Origin: Candidatus Micrarchaeota archaeon
Lineage (GTDB): Archaea > Micrarchaeota > Micrarchaeia > Anstonellales > Bilamarchaeaceae
Reading direction: 5' to 3'
Length of the DNA: 19,443 nucleotides
Assembly (NCBI GenBank): GCA_037440825.1
Contig: JBBITJ010000004.1
Coordinates: 8,640 to 28,082, forward strand
The notes under the pieces were generated by a model that was given only the letters and a program-made list of their open reading frames with translations, was not told where the DNA came from and did not search any database. Each line of letters starts with the position of its first letter. The first letter of the stretch is position 1. Made by a program: the position numbers and the translations under genes. Shown here one piece after another: positions 8,573-16,089 of this stretch.

Positions 8573-8641
8573 GGAATCTGCCTCCAGTTTCACTCTTCAC
8601 GAATGGAATGCTATTTAAGTGTTCTAAACTTATTAAAATCC

Positions 8642-9403
8642 ATGGCAAAGGAAGGCAAGAGCTCGGCCGGAGGCAAGCGGCCCGACAAGGATGTATTCCA
8701 GCTCAAGGAGCGCGCCAAGGTCGAGAGCGAGGTTTTCGACAAATCCACGCTTATCAGCATATCCAAGCTCATGAAGAAAGGAATCTTAGACCACATGGAC
8801 TACCCGGTCTCCACAGGAAAGGAGGGCAACATATTCAAGGCCACCTCCCCTTCGGGCGCGGCGCTCGCGATCAAGATATACAAGATAACCACATCCCCGT
8901 TCTTTCGTAAGAAAGAGTACATGGTCGGCGACCCCCGCTTCGGGAAGATAAAGTGGAGCGAGAAGGACGTGGTGTATGCGTTCGCGCGCAAGGAATTCAG
9001 GAACCTGGAGATATGCGAGCTGGCAGGAGTGCCTGCGCCAAAGCCCGTGTTCCTGCACAACAACGTCCTCGTGATGTCCTTCCTGGGCGAGGGGGAGCTT
9101 CCTTACCCGACGCTCGTGCAGACCGTATGCGAGGAGCGCTTTTTGGATTCAATCCTGGAAAACGTGCGGAAGATGTATAAGGCAGGGCTCGTGCACGCTG
9201 ACCTGAGCGAATACAACGTGATGATCGGGAACGACGGCACCGCCTATTTGATAGATTTCGGCCAAGGCGTGGTGCTCGGCCACCCCAAGGCGGAGGAATT
9301 CCTGGAGCGCGACGTGCGCAACATACTCACCTTCTTCAGGAAGTTCGGATTCGAACGCGATTACGAAAATGTCTTGCGCTATGTGCGTGAAGGGAAAGAG
9401 TAA
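8642..9403 (+). CDS. rio1: RIO1-family serine/threonine kinase (SSU biogenesis)
   Basis: STGKEGNIF P-loop, AIKIY, KEFRNL, NVLVM, LVHADLSEYNV, IDFGQ, FLERDVRN; start ATG 8642 (the 7859 extension is antisense to the lyase). Confidence 0.93.
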   Translation: MAKEGKSSAGGKRPDKDVFQLKERAKVESEVFDKSTLISISKLMKKGILDHMDYPVSTGKEGNIFKATSPSGAALAIKIYKITTSPFFRKKEYMVGDPRFGKIKWSEKDVVYAFARKEFRNLEICELAGVPAPKPVFLHNNVLVMSFLGEGELPYPTLVQTVCEERFLDSILENVRKMYKAGLVHADLSEYNVMIGNDGTAYLIDFGQGVVLGHPKAEEFLERDVRNILTFFRKFGFERDYENVLRYVREGKE

Positions 9404-9576
9404 TCAGCCTTGTTCATGAGCGTTTCTACGTTCACCTTCTTGCCCTCGTGGATGAGCTGCGCAGTTCCGTCCCAGCCTATCTTGGCCTTCGTCGTTATGA
9501 AATGTGAGCTGAATCCCGCAAATGCCTCCTTCTTCATGAATTCCAGGACCTGCGCGATATCCCCAGCAGTAGCCAA
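9379..9576 (-). CDS. Small hypothetical protein (65 aa) directly downstream of argS
   Basis: TTG start just after a GTGAT RBS that follows the argS stop; codon usage like neighbouring genes (AAG, GAG, ATA, GCG); overlaps rio1 3' end by 25 nt. Confidence 0.55.
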   Translation of the reverse strand: MATAGDIAQVLEFMKKEAFAGFSSHFITTKAKIGWDGTAQLIHEGKKVNVETLMNKADYSFPSRT

Positions 9577-9584
9577 ATAATCAC

Positions 9585-11444
9585 TTACATCTTTTCCGGC
9601 GCCTCTATGCCCATGAGCATGAGTGCGTTCCTCATCGTGTTCGCCGTCGCGGCGACAATCGCGAGGCGCCTTTCCTTGTCCGTTTCGAGTTCCGCGTTCA
9701 GGACCGGGTTGCGCGTGTAGAACTTATTGAATAATGTTGCGAGCTCCAGCGCGTATTCCGCTACGTAATGCGGCCTCAAATCCCTGGCCGCCTTCTGCAC
9801 AAGCTCCCCGAACCCGGCGATCTGCCTGAGCACAGCCTTCTCCTCGTTCGTGAATTCCCCTTGCGCCTTGAGCTTCCCAGTGTCTCCGCCCCATTTCTTC
9901 AGTATCCCGTTGGTGCGCACGTACGCATACTGAAGGTAAGGTCCGGAATCGCCCTCGAAGGAGAGCGCCTTGTCCCATTCGAATATTATCTTCTTCTCCG
10001 GGCTCGTGCGCAGGAAGGAGAATTTTATTGCGGCTATTCCCACTCTGTCCGCGGTCTCTTTTTTCTCAGCCTCGCTCATCTCCTTGGTGATCTTTTCAAA
10101 TGCCCTCGTCTTGGCCTCGTCTATGAATTCGTCAGCAGTATTGCCCATCCACGTGCCCTTCCTTCCTGAGAATTTCCCTTCTGGAAGAACGGCGTGCTCG
10201 TACGCGAGATGGATGAGGTTCTCGGCCTCCTTTGTGTAGCCGAGGGTCGCGAACGTGTCCTTTATGACTGCCTGCGGGTAGCTCTGCTCCACGCCTATTA
10301 TGTTGATCACTTTCGAGGCATGACCGAATTTGGCGGGTTTCCCTTTCGGCGCGGTCATTTTCGCGATTTTCCCGTTCGGCTGTTTTATGAAATCAGCGTA
10401 AGTGAAGTCGTTGTCCATCAATCCGAACTTCCAGAACTGGAATATTATGTCCTTTCCTGTGTAAGTGGCGGTCCCGTCGCTCCTTATCAGGACTTTCTGG
10501 TCGTCCTTCTGTTCCTTGTATTTCTCACCTAATTGCACTACCCAGCAGCCAGCGTTTTTCCCTTCCTTTTCCAGGTGGATTGCCTTGCTCTTCTTCAGCT
10601 TGTCCATCCCTTCCTGGAATATGGTCCGGATTATGTCGCTCTCGAACACGAGCACGTCGTGGTATATGCTTAAGGCGAAATCGGTTTCGTACTGGGCCTT
10701 CACCACCGCCTCGGAAAGCCAGCGCGCCTTTTCCGCAATTTCATTGTTCCCGTGCTCCATCTTCTTGAGGATTTCGCGCACCGCGTTTTCAGTCGTCGAA
10801 GTTTTCGACGGCTGCCTCTCCAGCATAGCTGGAGACCGGGTTTCGGGATTCTTCTCTATTTCAGCCGCCACTTTGACGTACTGCTCCCCTATCCAATGAT
10901 CCAGCTTCTTGTCCGGCTTGGCGTCCATGTGCATGTATCCGTAAAGGCTCTGCGCGACCTGCAATCCCAAATCATCAATGTAATCCATCACTTCCACATT
11001 TTCGCCGCTGAAAGCGAGTATCCTTGCAACCGAATCTCCCAGAAGCGCGTTCCTCAAATGCCCGATATGCCAGGGCTTGTTCGGATTCACGGACGGGAAC
11101 TCCACGATCGTCTTGCCCTCTTTCCTTTCCCCGTGCCCGAAATCCGCACGCTTAGCCGAAGTCTCGGCTATTTCAGAATAATATTTCGAGGAAAAGAAGA
11201 AGTTTATGTACGGTCCTGTGGCAACGACCTTGTCCACGTATTCGTGCTTCGGAATCTTCGCAGCTATTTCCTTTGCGATTTCAACGGGATTCTTTTTCTG
11301 CCTCCTTGCTATGTCGAACGCTATCCTGGAGCTCAGGTCGCAGAACCCGCCTTTTGGCATTTCCAGCGAAGCAAGCGCCTGCCCCTCCCCGACTCCGGCT
11401 GCGCCCGCAAGAATTTTTGAAATCTCCTCCTTGACGTTGTGCAT
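9585..11444 (-). CDS. argS: Arginine-tRNA ligase
   Basis: GPYINF, HIGH motif (SVNPNKPWHIGHLRN), RSDGTATY, KFSGRKG, SGPYLQYAYVR, FNKFY, C-terminal APEKM. Confidence 0.96.
   Translation of the reverse strand: MHNVKEEISKILAGAAGVGEGQALASLEMPKGGFCDLSSRIAFDIARRQKKNPVEIAKEIAAKIPKHEYVDKVVATGPYINFFFSSKYYSEIAETSAKRADFGHGERKEGKTIVEFPSVNPNKPWHIGHLRNALLGDSVARILAFSGENVEVMDYIDDLGLQVAQSLYGYMHMDAKPDKKLDHWIGEQYVKVAAEIEKNPETRSPAMLERQPSKTSTTENAVREILKKMEHGNNEIAEKARWLSEAVVKAQYETDFALSIYHDVLVFESDIIRTIFQEGMDKLKKSKAIHLEKEGKNAGCWVVQLGEKYKEQKDDQKVLIRSDGTATYTGKDIIFQFWKFGLMDNDFTYADFIKQPNGKIAKMTAPKGKPAKFGHASKVINIIGVEQSYPQAVIKDTFATLGYTKEAENLIHLAYEHAVLPEGKFSGRKGTWMGNTADEFIDEAKTRAFEKITKEMSEAEKKETADRVGIAAIKFSFLRTSPEKKIIFEWDKALSFEGDSGPYLQYAYVRTNGILKKWGGDTGKLKAQGEFTNEEKAVLRQIAGFGELVQKAARDLRPHYVAEYALELATLFNKFYTRNPVLNAELETDKERRLAIVAATANTMRNALMLMGIEAPEKM
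10790..10835. repeat. Two adjacent inverted repeats inside argS
   Basis: CAGTCGTCGAA-gtt-TTCGACGGCTG (10790-10814, 11 bp with one mismatch) and TCTCCAGC-ata-GCTGGAGA (10817-10835, perfect 8 bp). Confidence 0.85.
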
Positions 11445-11463
11445 GGCTTTAATTCGGGCCTCA

Positions 11464-11476
11464 ATATTTTAAATAT
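11464..11476. promoter_or_regulatory. Palindromic AT-rich TATA region between divergent argS and the methyltransferase
   Basis: ATATTTTAAATAT centred in a 50-nt gap, about 19 nt from each start codon. Confidence 0.55.
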
Positions 11477-11494
11477 AACAATAGTAATGCGCTT

Positions 11495-12058
11495 ATGGAC
11501 TACATATATTACGCTCTCGTGTACCTTTCGATGCTGCTCTATGCAGGGCTTCCTTTCTTCTGGCTCCTGAGGCACTACGTCTTCATAAATTATGATGGAA
11601 AGAAGGCGGAATCCAAAATCATCACATATGCGCTCATCGCCATATTTGAAATCGCGATATTCTACGTCGCCTCGCCGTTCGTGGCGATAAGGAGCGACAT
11701 GCCGCAGATCGTATCCGCGCTCGGAGTCGCGCTCCTGATATTCTGGGCTTTGCTCGAAGGTTGGTCGCTCTTCCTTCTCATTTCCACGGTTAAGGACATG
11801 AGGAAGATGGAGACCAAGCTGGTGCAGCACGGGCCTTACAAGTACATCCGCCACCCGGTCTACGTGGCGCACGTGCTCTTCAATTTTGGCGCGTACCTCG
11901 TCACGGGCGCGCTGATTCCGCTGCTAGTATTGGTAGAGTGGCTCATACTCATAAAGCCGTTGGCGGACATGGAGGACGAGGAGCTCGCGCTTAGGTTCGA
12001 GGAGGAGTTCCAGAAATACAGGAAGAAAGTCCCGCAGCTCATACCGAAGATGGGGTGA
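11495..12058 (+). CDS. Isoprenylcysteine carboxyl methyltransferase / PEMT-family membrane methyltransferase
   Basis: Several hydrophobic helices; LVQHGPYKYIRHPVY and E.EEL…F.EEF..YRKKVP family motifs. Confidence 0.85.
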   Translation: MDYIYYALVYLSMLLYAGLPFFWLLRHYVFINYDGKKAESKIITYALIAIFEIAIFYVASPFVAIRSDMPQIVSALGVALLIFWALLEGWSLFLLISTVKDMRKMETKLVQHGPYKYIRHPVYVAHVLFNFGAYLVTGALIPLLVLVEWLILIKPLADMEDEELALRFEEEFQKYRKKVPQLIPKMG

Positions 12059-12062
12059 GCGC

Positions 12063-12242
12063 ATGAAGCCGATAAGCACGCAGGCGCTCAGCTCCGTCAT
12101 GATACGCAAATTCGTGGAGATGGGGCTCCTGAACGAGAAAAAGGTCGAGGGAAAGACGCTTTTCTTCCTTACCGAGCAGGGAAGGATAATACTCGCGAAT
12201 TTCGGAATAGAGGAAAAGGAGCTTTATCCGTTTTCCAAATAG
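12063..12242 (+). CDS. Small winged-helix-like protein (59 aa; not in ORF track)
   Basis: MKPISTQALSSVMIRKFVEMGLLNEKKVEGKTLFFLTEQGRIILANFGIEEKELYPFSK; GGGGTGA RBS 4 nt upstream; 'E.GLL…G…F.LTE.G' helix-wing pattern. Confidence 0.7.
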   Translation: MKPISTQALSSVMIRKFVEMGLLNEKKVEGKTLFFLTEQGRIILANFGIEEKELYPFSK

Positions 12243-12245
12243 TGC

Positions 12246-12833
12246 TTAGGCAGACCTGGTTTTGTTTATCCCGAGAATCCAGCCATCCGTGCTCACGGCC
12301 ACCTGGTATACGGTGGCGTTGTGCTGGGAAGAATTCACGTCGGTCCAGCTAACGATCCAACGGTCGTCCTGCTTCTCCACTCCGGCCACGGGTTCGCGCT
12401 CGCTTATGAACAGCTGCACTTCCTCGGTTCCGGGAAGGGTGTGGCTCGCTATTATTGCCTCCTCTTCAAACGCAATCACGCAGGGCCTGCTCGCGCACAC
12501 GCTGCACTCCTTCACCACGTATTCAGGAGGCGCGGGAGCGAAGTTCTGCATGGGATAAGTGTAATAATAATTTGTCCTGTTCGGGCAGGGAGTCGCGAGC
12601 CCGCTGCTCACCCTCGCCTTTATCACGTAATACTGCTGTCCCAACTCATTGGTTTTCTGGTCGAAGCTGACCACTTCTATCTTGTCCGCGTCCGGAAACC
12701 TGCTTCCCAGATCCTCCATCACGAATTTGCGCGCGTCCCCCTCTTCCGCCGCTCCGGACGCGAACTTCATCGTGAGCGCGAGCGCTATCACGATCGCAAT
12801 AAGCACGATTATGAGTGTGATTTCCCTTCGCAT
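12246..12833 (-). CDS. Hypothetical secreted or membrane-anchored protein
   Basis: Basic N-terminus plus hydrophobic stretch (ITLIIVLIAIVIALAL); 4 Cys; N-x-S/T sequons NRT, NSS, NAT, NKT. Confidence 0.8.
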   Translation of the reverse strand: MRREITLIIVLIAIVIALALTMKFASGAAEEGDARKFVMEDLGSRFPDADKIEVVSFDQKTNELGQQYYVIKARVSSGLATPCPNRTNYYYTYPMQNFAPAPPEYVVKECSVCASRPCVIAFEEEAIIASHTLPGTEEVQLFISEREPVAGVEKQDDRWIVSWTDVNSSQHNATVYQVAVSTDGWILGINKTRSA

Positions 12834-12864
12834 TTCCTATCCCGTTTTTATTGAAGAGGTTAGG

Positions 12865-12897
12865 TTTAAATATAGGATGCTTCCTTATCATCCTGTA
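12865..12897. promoter_or_regulatory. TATA box with adjacent inverted repeat upstream of the exosome operon
   Basis: TTTAAATA at 12865-12872; TATAGGATG-N9-CATCCTGTA at 12871-12897 (8/9 complementary). Confidence 0.5.
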
Positions 12898-12992
12898 AAA
12901 CGAGCGAAAAACCGGAAGTACGAAAAAATCCGCACGAGGCGGGGCTGTATTTTCTGATTGAAATCGGGCATGATTTACCCATAGGTGAAACG

Positions 12993-13595
12993 ATGAAGAA
13001 AGTAGTTGTACCAGGAGAGCTGATCTTCGAGAAGCCGTACATGAGCGAATCCACAGTGGTGGAGGGCAAGAAGACCTACGCTTCAGTGATCGGATTCATT
13101 GACGAGGAAAACAGGTTCGTGCCTGCCAAGAGCGTGTATAATCCGCGCCCGGGCGACAGTGTCGTCGGAGTGGTCGTTTGCGTAAGAGGCAACGGATACA
13201 AGGTCGATCTGAACCTTCCGTTCGAGGGTTTCCTTTCAGGAAAGGATACGCGCGTCCCGTTCGGGATGGGCGAGATATTGTACGGGAAAGTGAAGGACGT
13301 CGATGAGATCGGCAATGTAGATCTGATAGACGTGCGCAAGCTCGCGCCCGGCAAGATAATCGAGTTCCCCGCTTCCAAAATCCCCCGCCTGATAGGGAAG
13401 AAGAACAGCATGCTCATGGCGATAATGAACGGCACGGGCTGCGAGATATACGTGGGCAACAACGGCTACGTTTACCTCTCCGGAGGCGACCTCCCGCTGG
13501 CGCTCAAGGCGATCGATATCATAGACAAGAAAGCCCACATGAACGGGCTCACCCAGGAGATAACGGATTTCCTGGCGAAGAACAAGGCTCAATAG
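12993..13595 (+). CDS. rrp4: Exosome complex RNA-binding subunit Rrp4
   Basis: VVPGE start, Y.P.PGD.VVG S1 domain, KH domain IPRLIGKKNSM…VGNNGYV, AHMNGLT; AGGTGA RBS; position before rrp41. Confidence 0.92.
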   Translation: MKKVVVPGELIFEKPYMSESTVVEGKKTYASVIGFIDEENRFVPAKSVYNPRPGDSVVGVVVCVRGNGYKVDLNLPFEGFLSGKDTRVPFGMGEILYGKVKDVDEIGNVDLIDVRKLAPGKIIEFPASKIPRLIGKKNSMLMAIMNGTGCEIYVGNNGYVYLSGGDLPLALKAIDIIDKKAHMNGLTQEITDFLAKNKAQ

Positions 13596-13603
13596 GTGAA
13601 ACG

Positions 13604-14353
13604 ATGGCAGGAAGCGAAAAACCCCAGTTGATAATAAACGGGAAGAGGATTGACGGAAGAAGCCCGGACGACCTCAGGCCCATAAGGATAGAAATCGGCG
13701 TGCTCAACGAAGCCGACGGCTCTGCTTACGTGGAATGGGGCGGCAACAAGATTGTCGCAGGAATCTTTGGGCCGAGGGAGTGCATACCGAAGCACGAGGC
13801 GAACCCGTACAAGGCGCAGGTGAAGTGCAGGTACACGATGTCTCCGTTCGCGAGCAAAGAGGAGCACGGCCGCACCGGCCCGAATCGGAGGAGCATCGAG
13901 ATCTCCAAGGTGATAAGAGAGGTGTTCGAGAACATCGTAATCGCGGAGCTCTATCCGATGACGCAGATCGACATATTCATAGACGTGCTCCAGGCGGAAG
14001 GAGGGACGCGCGTGGGCGCGATAACCGCAGCTGCCGCCGCTCTCGCTGACGCCGGAATCCCGATGAGGGACATGGTGTGCGGAGTCGCGGTAGGAAAGGC
14101 GGACGGCACCATCGTGCTGGACCTCGGAAAGTCGGAAGACAACTTCGGCGAATCCGACGTCCCGATGGCAATCTCACATAGGACCAAGGATATACTCCTT
14201 CTCCAGATGGACGGTCTTCTTACGAAAGACGAGCTCGCAACCGCGATAGACAAGGCGATATCCGCCAGCGACAAGATCCACGAGATGCAGGTGGAGGCGA
14301 TCGTGAAGAGGTACAGCCAGCTCGAGTCCGAAGGGCTCAAGCTCAAGCAATAG
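13604..14353 (+). CDS. rrp41: Exosome complex exonuclease Rrp41
   Basis: RIDGR..DDLRP, ADGSAYVEWG, GPRE, RRSIEISKVI, QAEGGTR, ED…SDVP, LLQMDG. Confidence 0.95.
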   Translation: MAGSEKPQLIINGKRIDGRSPDDLRPIRIEIGVLNEADGSAYVEWGGNKIVAGIFGPRECIPKHEANPYKAQVKCRYTMSPFASKEEHGRTGPNRRSIEISKVIREVFENIVIAELYPMTQIDIFIDVLQAEGGTRVGAITAAAAALADAGIPMRDMVCGVAVGKADGTIVLDLGKSEDNFGESDVPMAISHRTKDILLLQMDGLLTKDELATAIDKAISASDKIHEMQVEAIVKRYSQLESEGLKLKQ

Positions 14354-14362
14354 GTGATTTTG

Positions 14363-15166
14363 ATGTCGGAATCAGCAAAAGACATAGTCATGCATGACAT
14401 AAAGAGGAGCGTGATCCTGGACCTGCTCAAAAAGGGGCAGAGGATGGACGACCGCGCGCTGGACCAGTACCGGCCCATAAGCGTGCAGAAAGGCGTGCTG
14501 GACACCGCAGAAGGCTCGGCGCTCGCCAAGATAGGCAAGACGCAGATACTCGTCGGAGCGAAGATGGCGGTCGCGACTCCGTTCGCGGACAGGCCGAAGG
14601 AAGGCGTGTTCAGCGTGAACTGCGAATTCCTCCCGCTCGCCAATTCGTCTTTCGAACCTGGACCCCCTGACGAGAACTCTATAGAGCTCGCAAGGGTGAC
14701 GGACAGGGGCATAAGGAGCGCTGAAGTGGAAGGAGACAACGCGATAACCAAGAACTTCTTCCTCGAAGAGGGGAAGGTGCTCGCGCTCTACTTGGACATA
14801 TACGTGCTTGACCACTCGGGGAACATGACCGATACCGCTTCACTTGCAGCGATAGGCGCGCTCACGGACACGAAGATACCTAAGTACGAGAACGGAGTGC
14901 TCATAAGGGACGAGTTCGCCGGAAAGGTGGAGCTCAAGCACTACCCAATCGCGACCACGTTCGCGAAGATAGACAAGTACCTGCTCTGCGACCCGACAAG
15001 AGAGGAGATGCTCGCCGCAGACACGAAGATAACTATAACCACGACGCAGAACGGCCAGATTGCCGCCATACAGAAGGGCAAAGGCTCGCTCACTAAGGAC
15101 GAGGTGCTCCAGGCCGTCGACATCGCCTTTAAAAAAGGTGACGAACTAAGAAAATACGTTTTCTAA
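14363..15166 (+). CDS. rrp42: Exosome complex subunit Rrp42
   Basis: AEGSA..KIGKTQ, PFADRP.EG, FEPGPPDENSIELARVTDRGIR, LDHSGN, DPT.EE, AIQKG; ATG 14363 after GGTGA. Confidence 0.95.
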   Translation: MSESAKDIVMHDIKRSVILDLLKKGQRMDDRALDQYRPISVQKGVLDTAEGSALAKIGKTQILVGAKMAVATPFADRPKEGVFSVNCEFLPLANSSFEPGPPDENSIELARVTDRGIRSAEVEGDNAITKNFFLEEGKVLALYLDIYVLDHSGNMTDTASLAAIGALTDTKIPKYENGVLIRDEFAGKVELKHYPIATTFAKIDKYLLCDPTREEMLAADTKITITTTQNGQIAAIQKGKGSLTKDEVLQAVDIAFKKGDELRKYVF

Positions 15167-15185
15167 CTCTTAGAGGTGAATTACG

Positions 15186-15419
15186 ATGCGAACATCAAGA
15201 TACGGTGCAAGAATCAGGAAGCTTTATGACGCCGCCCAGAAGGCGAAGACCAGCAAGTACGTCTGCCCGAAATGCGGCAAGAAGAACGTGAAAAGGGCTG
15301 GCAACGCCCAATGGGTATGCAGGTCGTGCAACGCCCGGATCGCAGGAGGGGCATTCATGCTCTCCACAAGCGTGGGCGAGGTTGCGAACCGCATAATAAA
15401 GGAGCACTCCAAGGCGTGA
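15186..15419 (+). CDS. rpl37ae: 50S ribosomal protein L37Ae (eL43)
   Basis: RYGARIRK, CPKCGK..VKR, W.C..C…AGGA; GAGGTGA RBS; canonical position after rrp42. Confidence 0.95.
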   Translation: MRTSRYGARIRKLYDAAQKAKTSKYVCPKCGKKNVKRAGNAQWVCRSCNARIAGGAFMLSTSVGEVANRIIKEHSKA

Positions 15420-15423
15420 TTTC

Positions 15424-15561
15424 ATGGGCGACTACAAAGTCTGGAAAACCGGAGAGCAGGTGGAAGTGAGCGACGTGAAGAACTTCCAGTTCCCTGCGAG
15501 CGGAGAGAAGATACTGCTCAAGAACAGGCCGCCAATCGCCAAGACGATAAGTACGGACTGA
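15424..15561 (+). CDS. rpoP: DNA-directed RNA polymerase subunit P (Rpo12), cysteine-free variant (45 aa; not in ORF track)
   Basis: MGDYKVWKTGEQVEVSDVKNFQFPASGEKILLKNRPPIAKTISTD; GxKILxKxRP core of Rpo12; canonical slot between rpl37ae and Brix; GTGA RBS. Confidence 0.85.
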   Translation: MGDYKVWKTGEQVEVSDVKNFQFPASGEKILLKNRPPIAKTISTD

Positions 15562-15572
15562 ATCAAATGGGA

Positions 15573-15630
15573 TTTCCAGTTCTCGGTTCAGGGTTTTGAA
15601 ACCGAAGACTGGGGCCGGAAACTGGAGACA
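15573..15630. repeat. 7-bp-period repeat tract arranged as an imperfect inverted repeat
   Basis: 15573-15598 matches 7123-7148 at 23/26 nt; followed by reversed units (AACCGAAGACTGG, GGCCGGAAACTGGAGA) able to pair with the left arm. Confidence 0.7.
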
Positions 15631-15633
15631 GCT

Positions 15634-16089
15634 ATGCTTGTCAGCACGGCAAGATACTCGGACAGGGGAAGCAGGGAGCTCGCGCAGGCGTTCGCGCTCT
15701 GCACAGGCTCCGCCTATTCCGCGCGCGGGAAGAAGACCGTGGAAAAGCTCGTCTCTGATGCAAGGAAAAGGGGCGAAAATACCCTCACGCTCGTATCCGA
15801 GAATGAAATTTCATTCATTTCGATTTCGCATTCCGGCTGGGAATGGAAAACCCCGGTATTGAGAATCAGAGGATACAAAATTTTGGGCGTGGAGGAATCC
15901 GAGATCGGGACTTTCGAAGGCGCTGACTCTTCAGTGTTCGAGGCGCTTTTCGGCTTCGAGCCTTACTATTCCGGCGAAACCGTAGTTTCCGCAGGAAATG
16001 GGAAATTGAAATTCATAAATGAAGATAAAGAGATGCTCGAAATAGATTACGAGGTCAAGCATGAAAAACCGAGTGGAGATGGCTCTTGA
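15634..16089 (+). CDS. Brix/Imp4-domain ribosome biogenesis protein (divergent, short)
   Basis: N-terminal LVSTAR…SRELA…Y.ARGKKT..L matches the Brix IITTSR…TR.FA…RGK.S pattern; conserved position after rpoP. Confidence 0.75.
   Translation: MLVSTARYSDRGSRELAQAFALCTGSAYSARGKKTVEKLVSDARKRGENTLTLVSENEISFISISHSGWEWKTPVLRIRGYKILGVEESEIGTFEGADSSVFEALFGFEPYYSGETVVSAGNGKLKFINEDKEMLEIDYEVKHEKPSGDGS

Noticed and set aside
7859..8641. Apparent 261-aa N-terminal extension of RIO1 (514-aa ORF)
   Set aside because: Antisense to the lyase gene and runs through the AT-rich divergent promoter gap; RIO1 similarity starts after ATG 8642
10794..10841. Bulge-helix-bulge mRNA intron as the explanation for the argS insert
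   Set aside because: I could not pair the two junctions into a BHB motif, and the insert is in frame without stops; not fully excluded without RT-PCR
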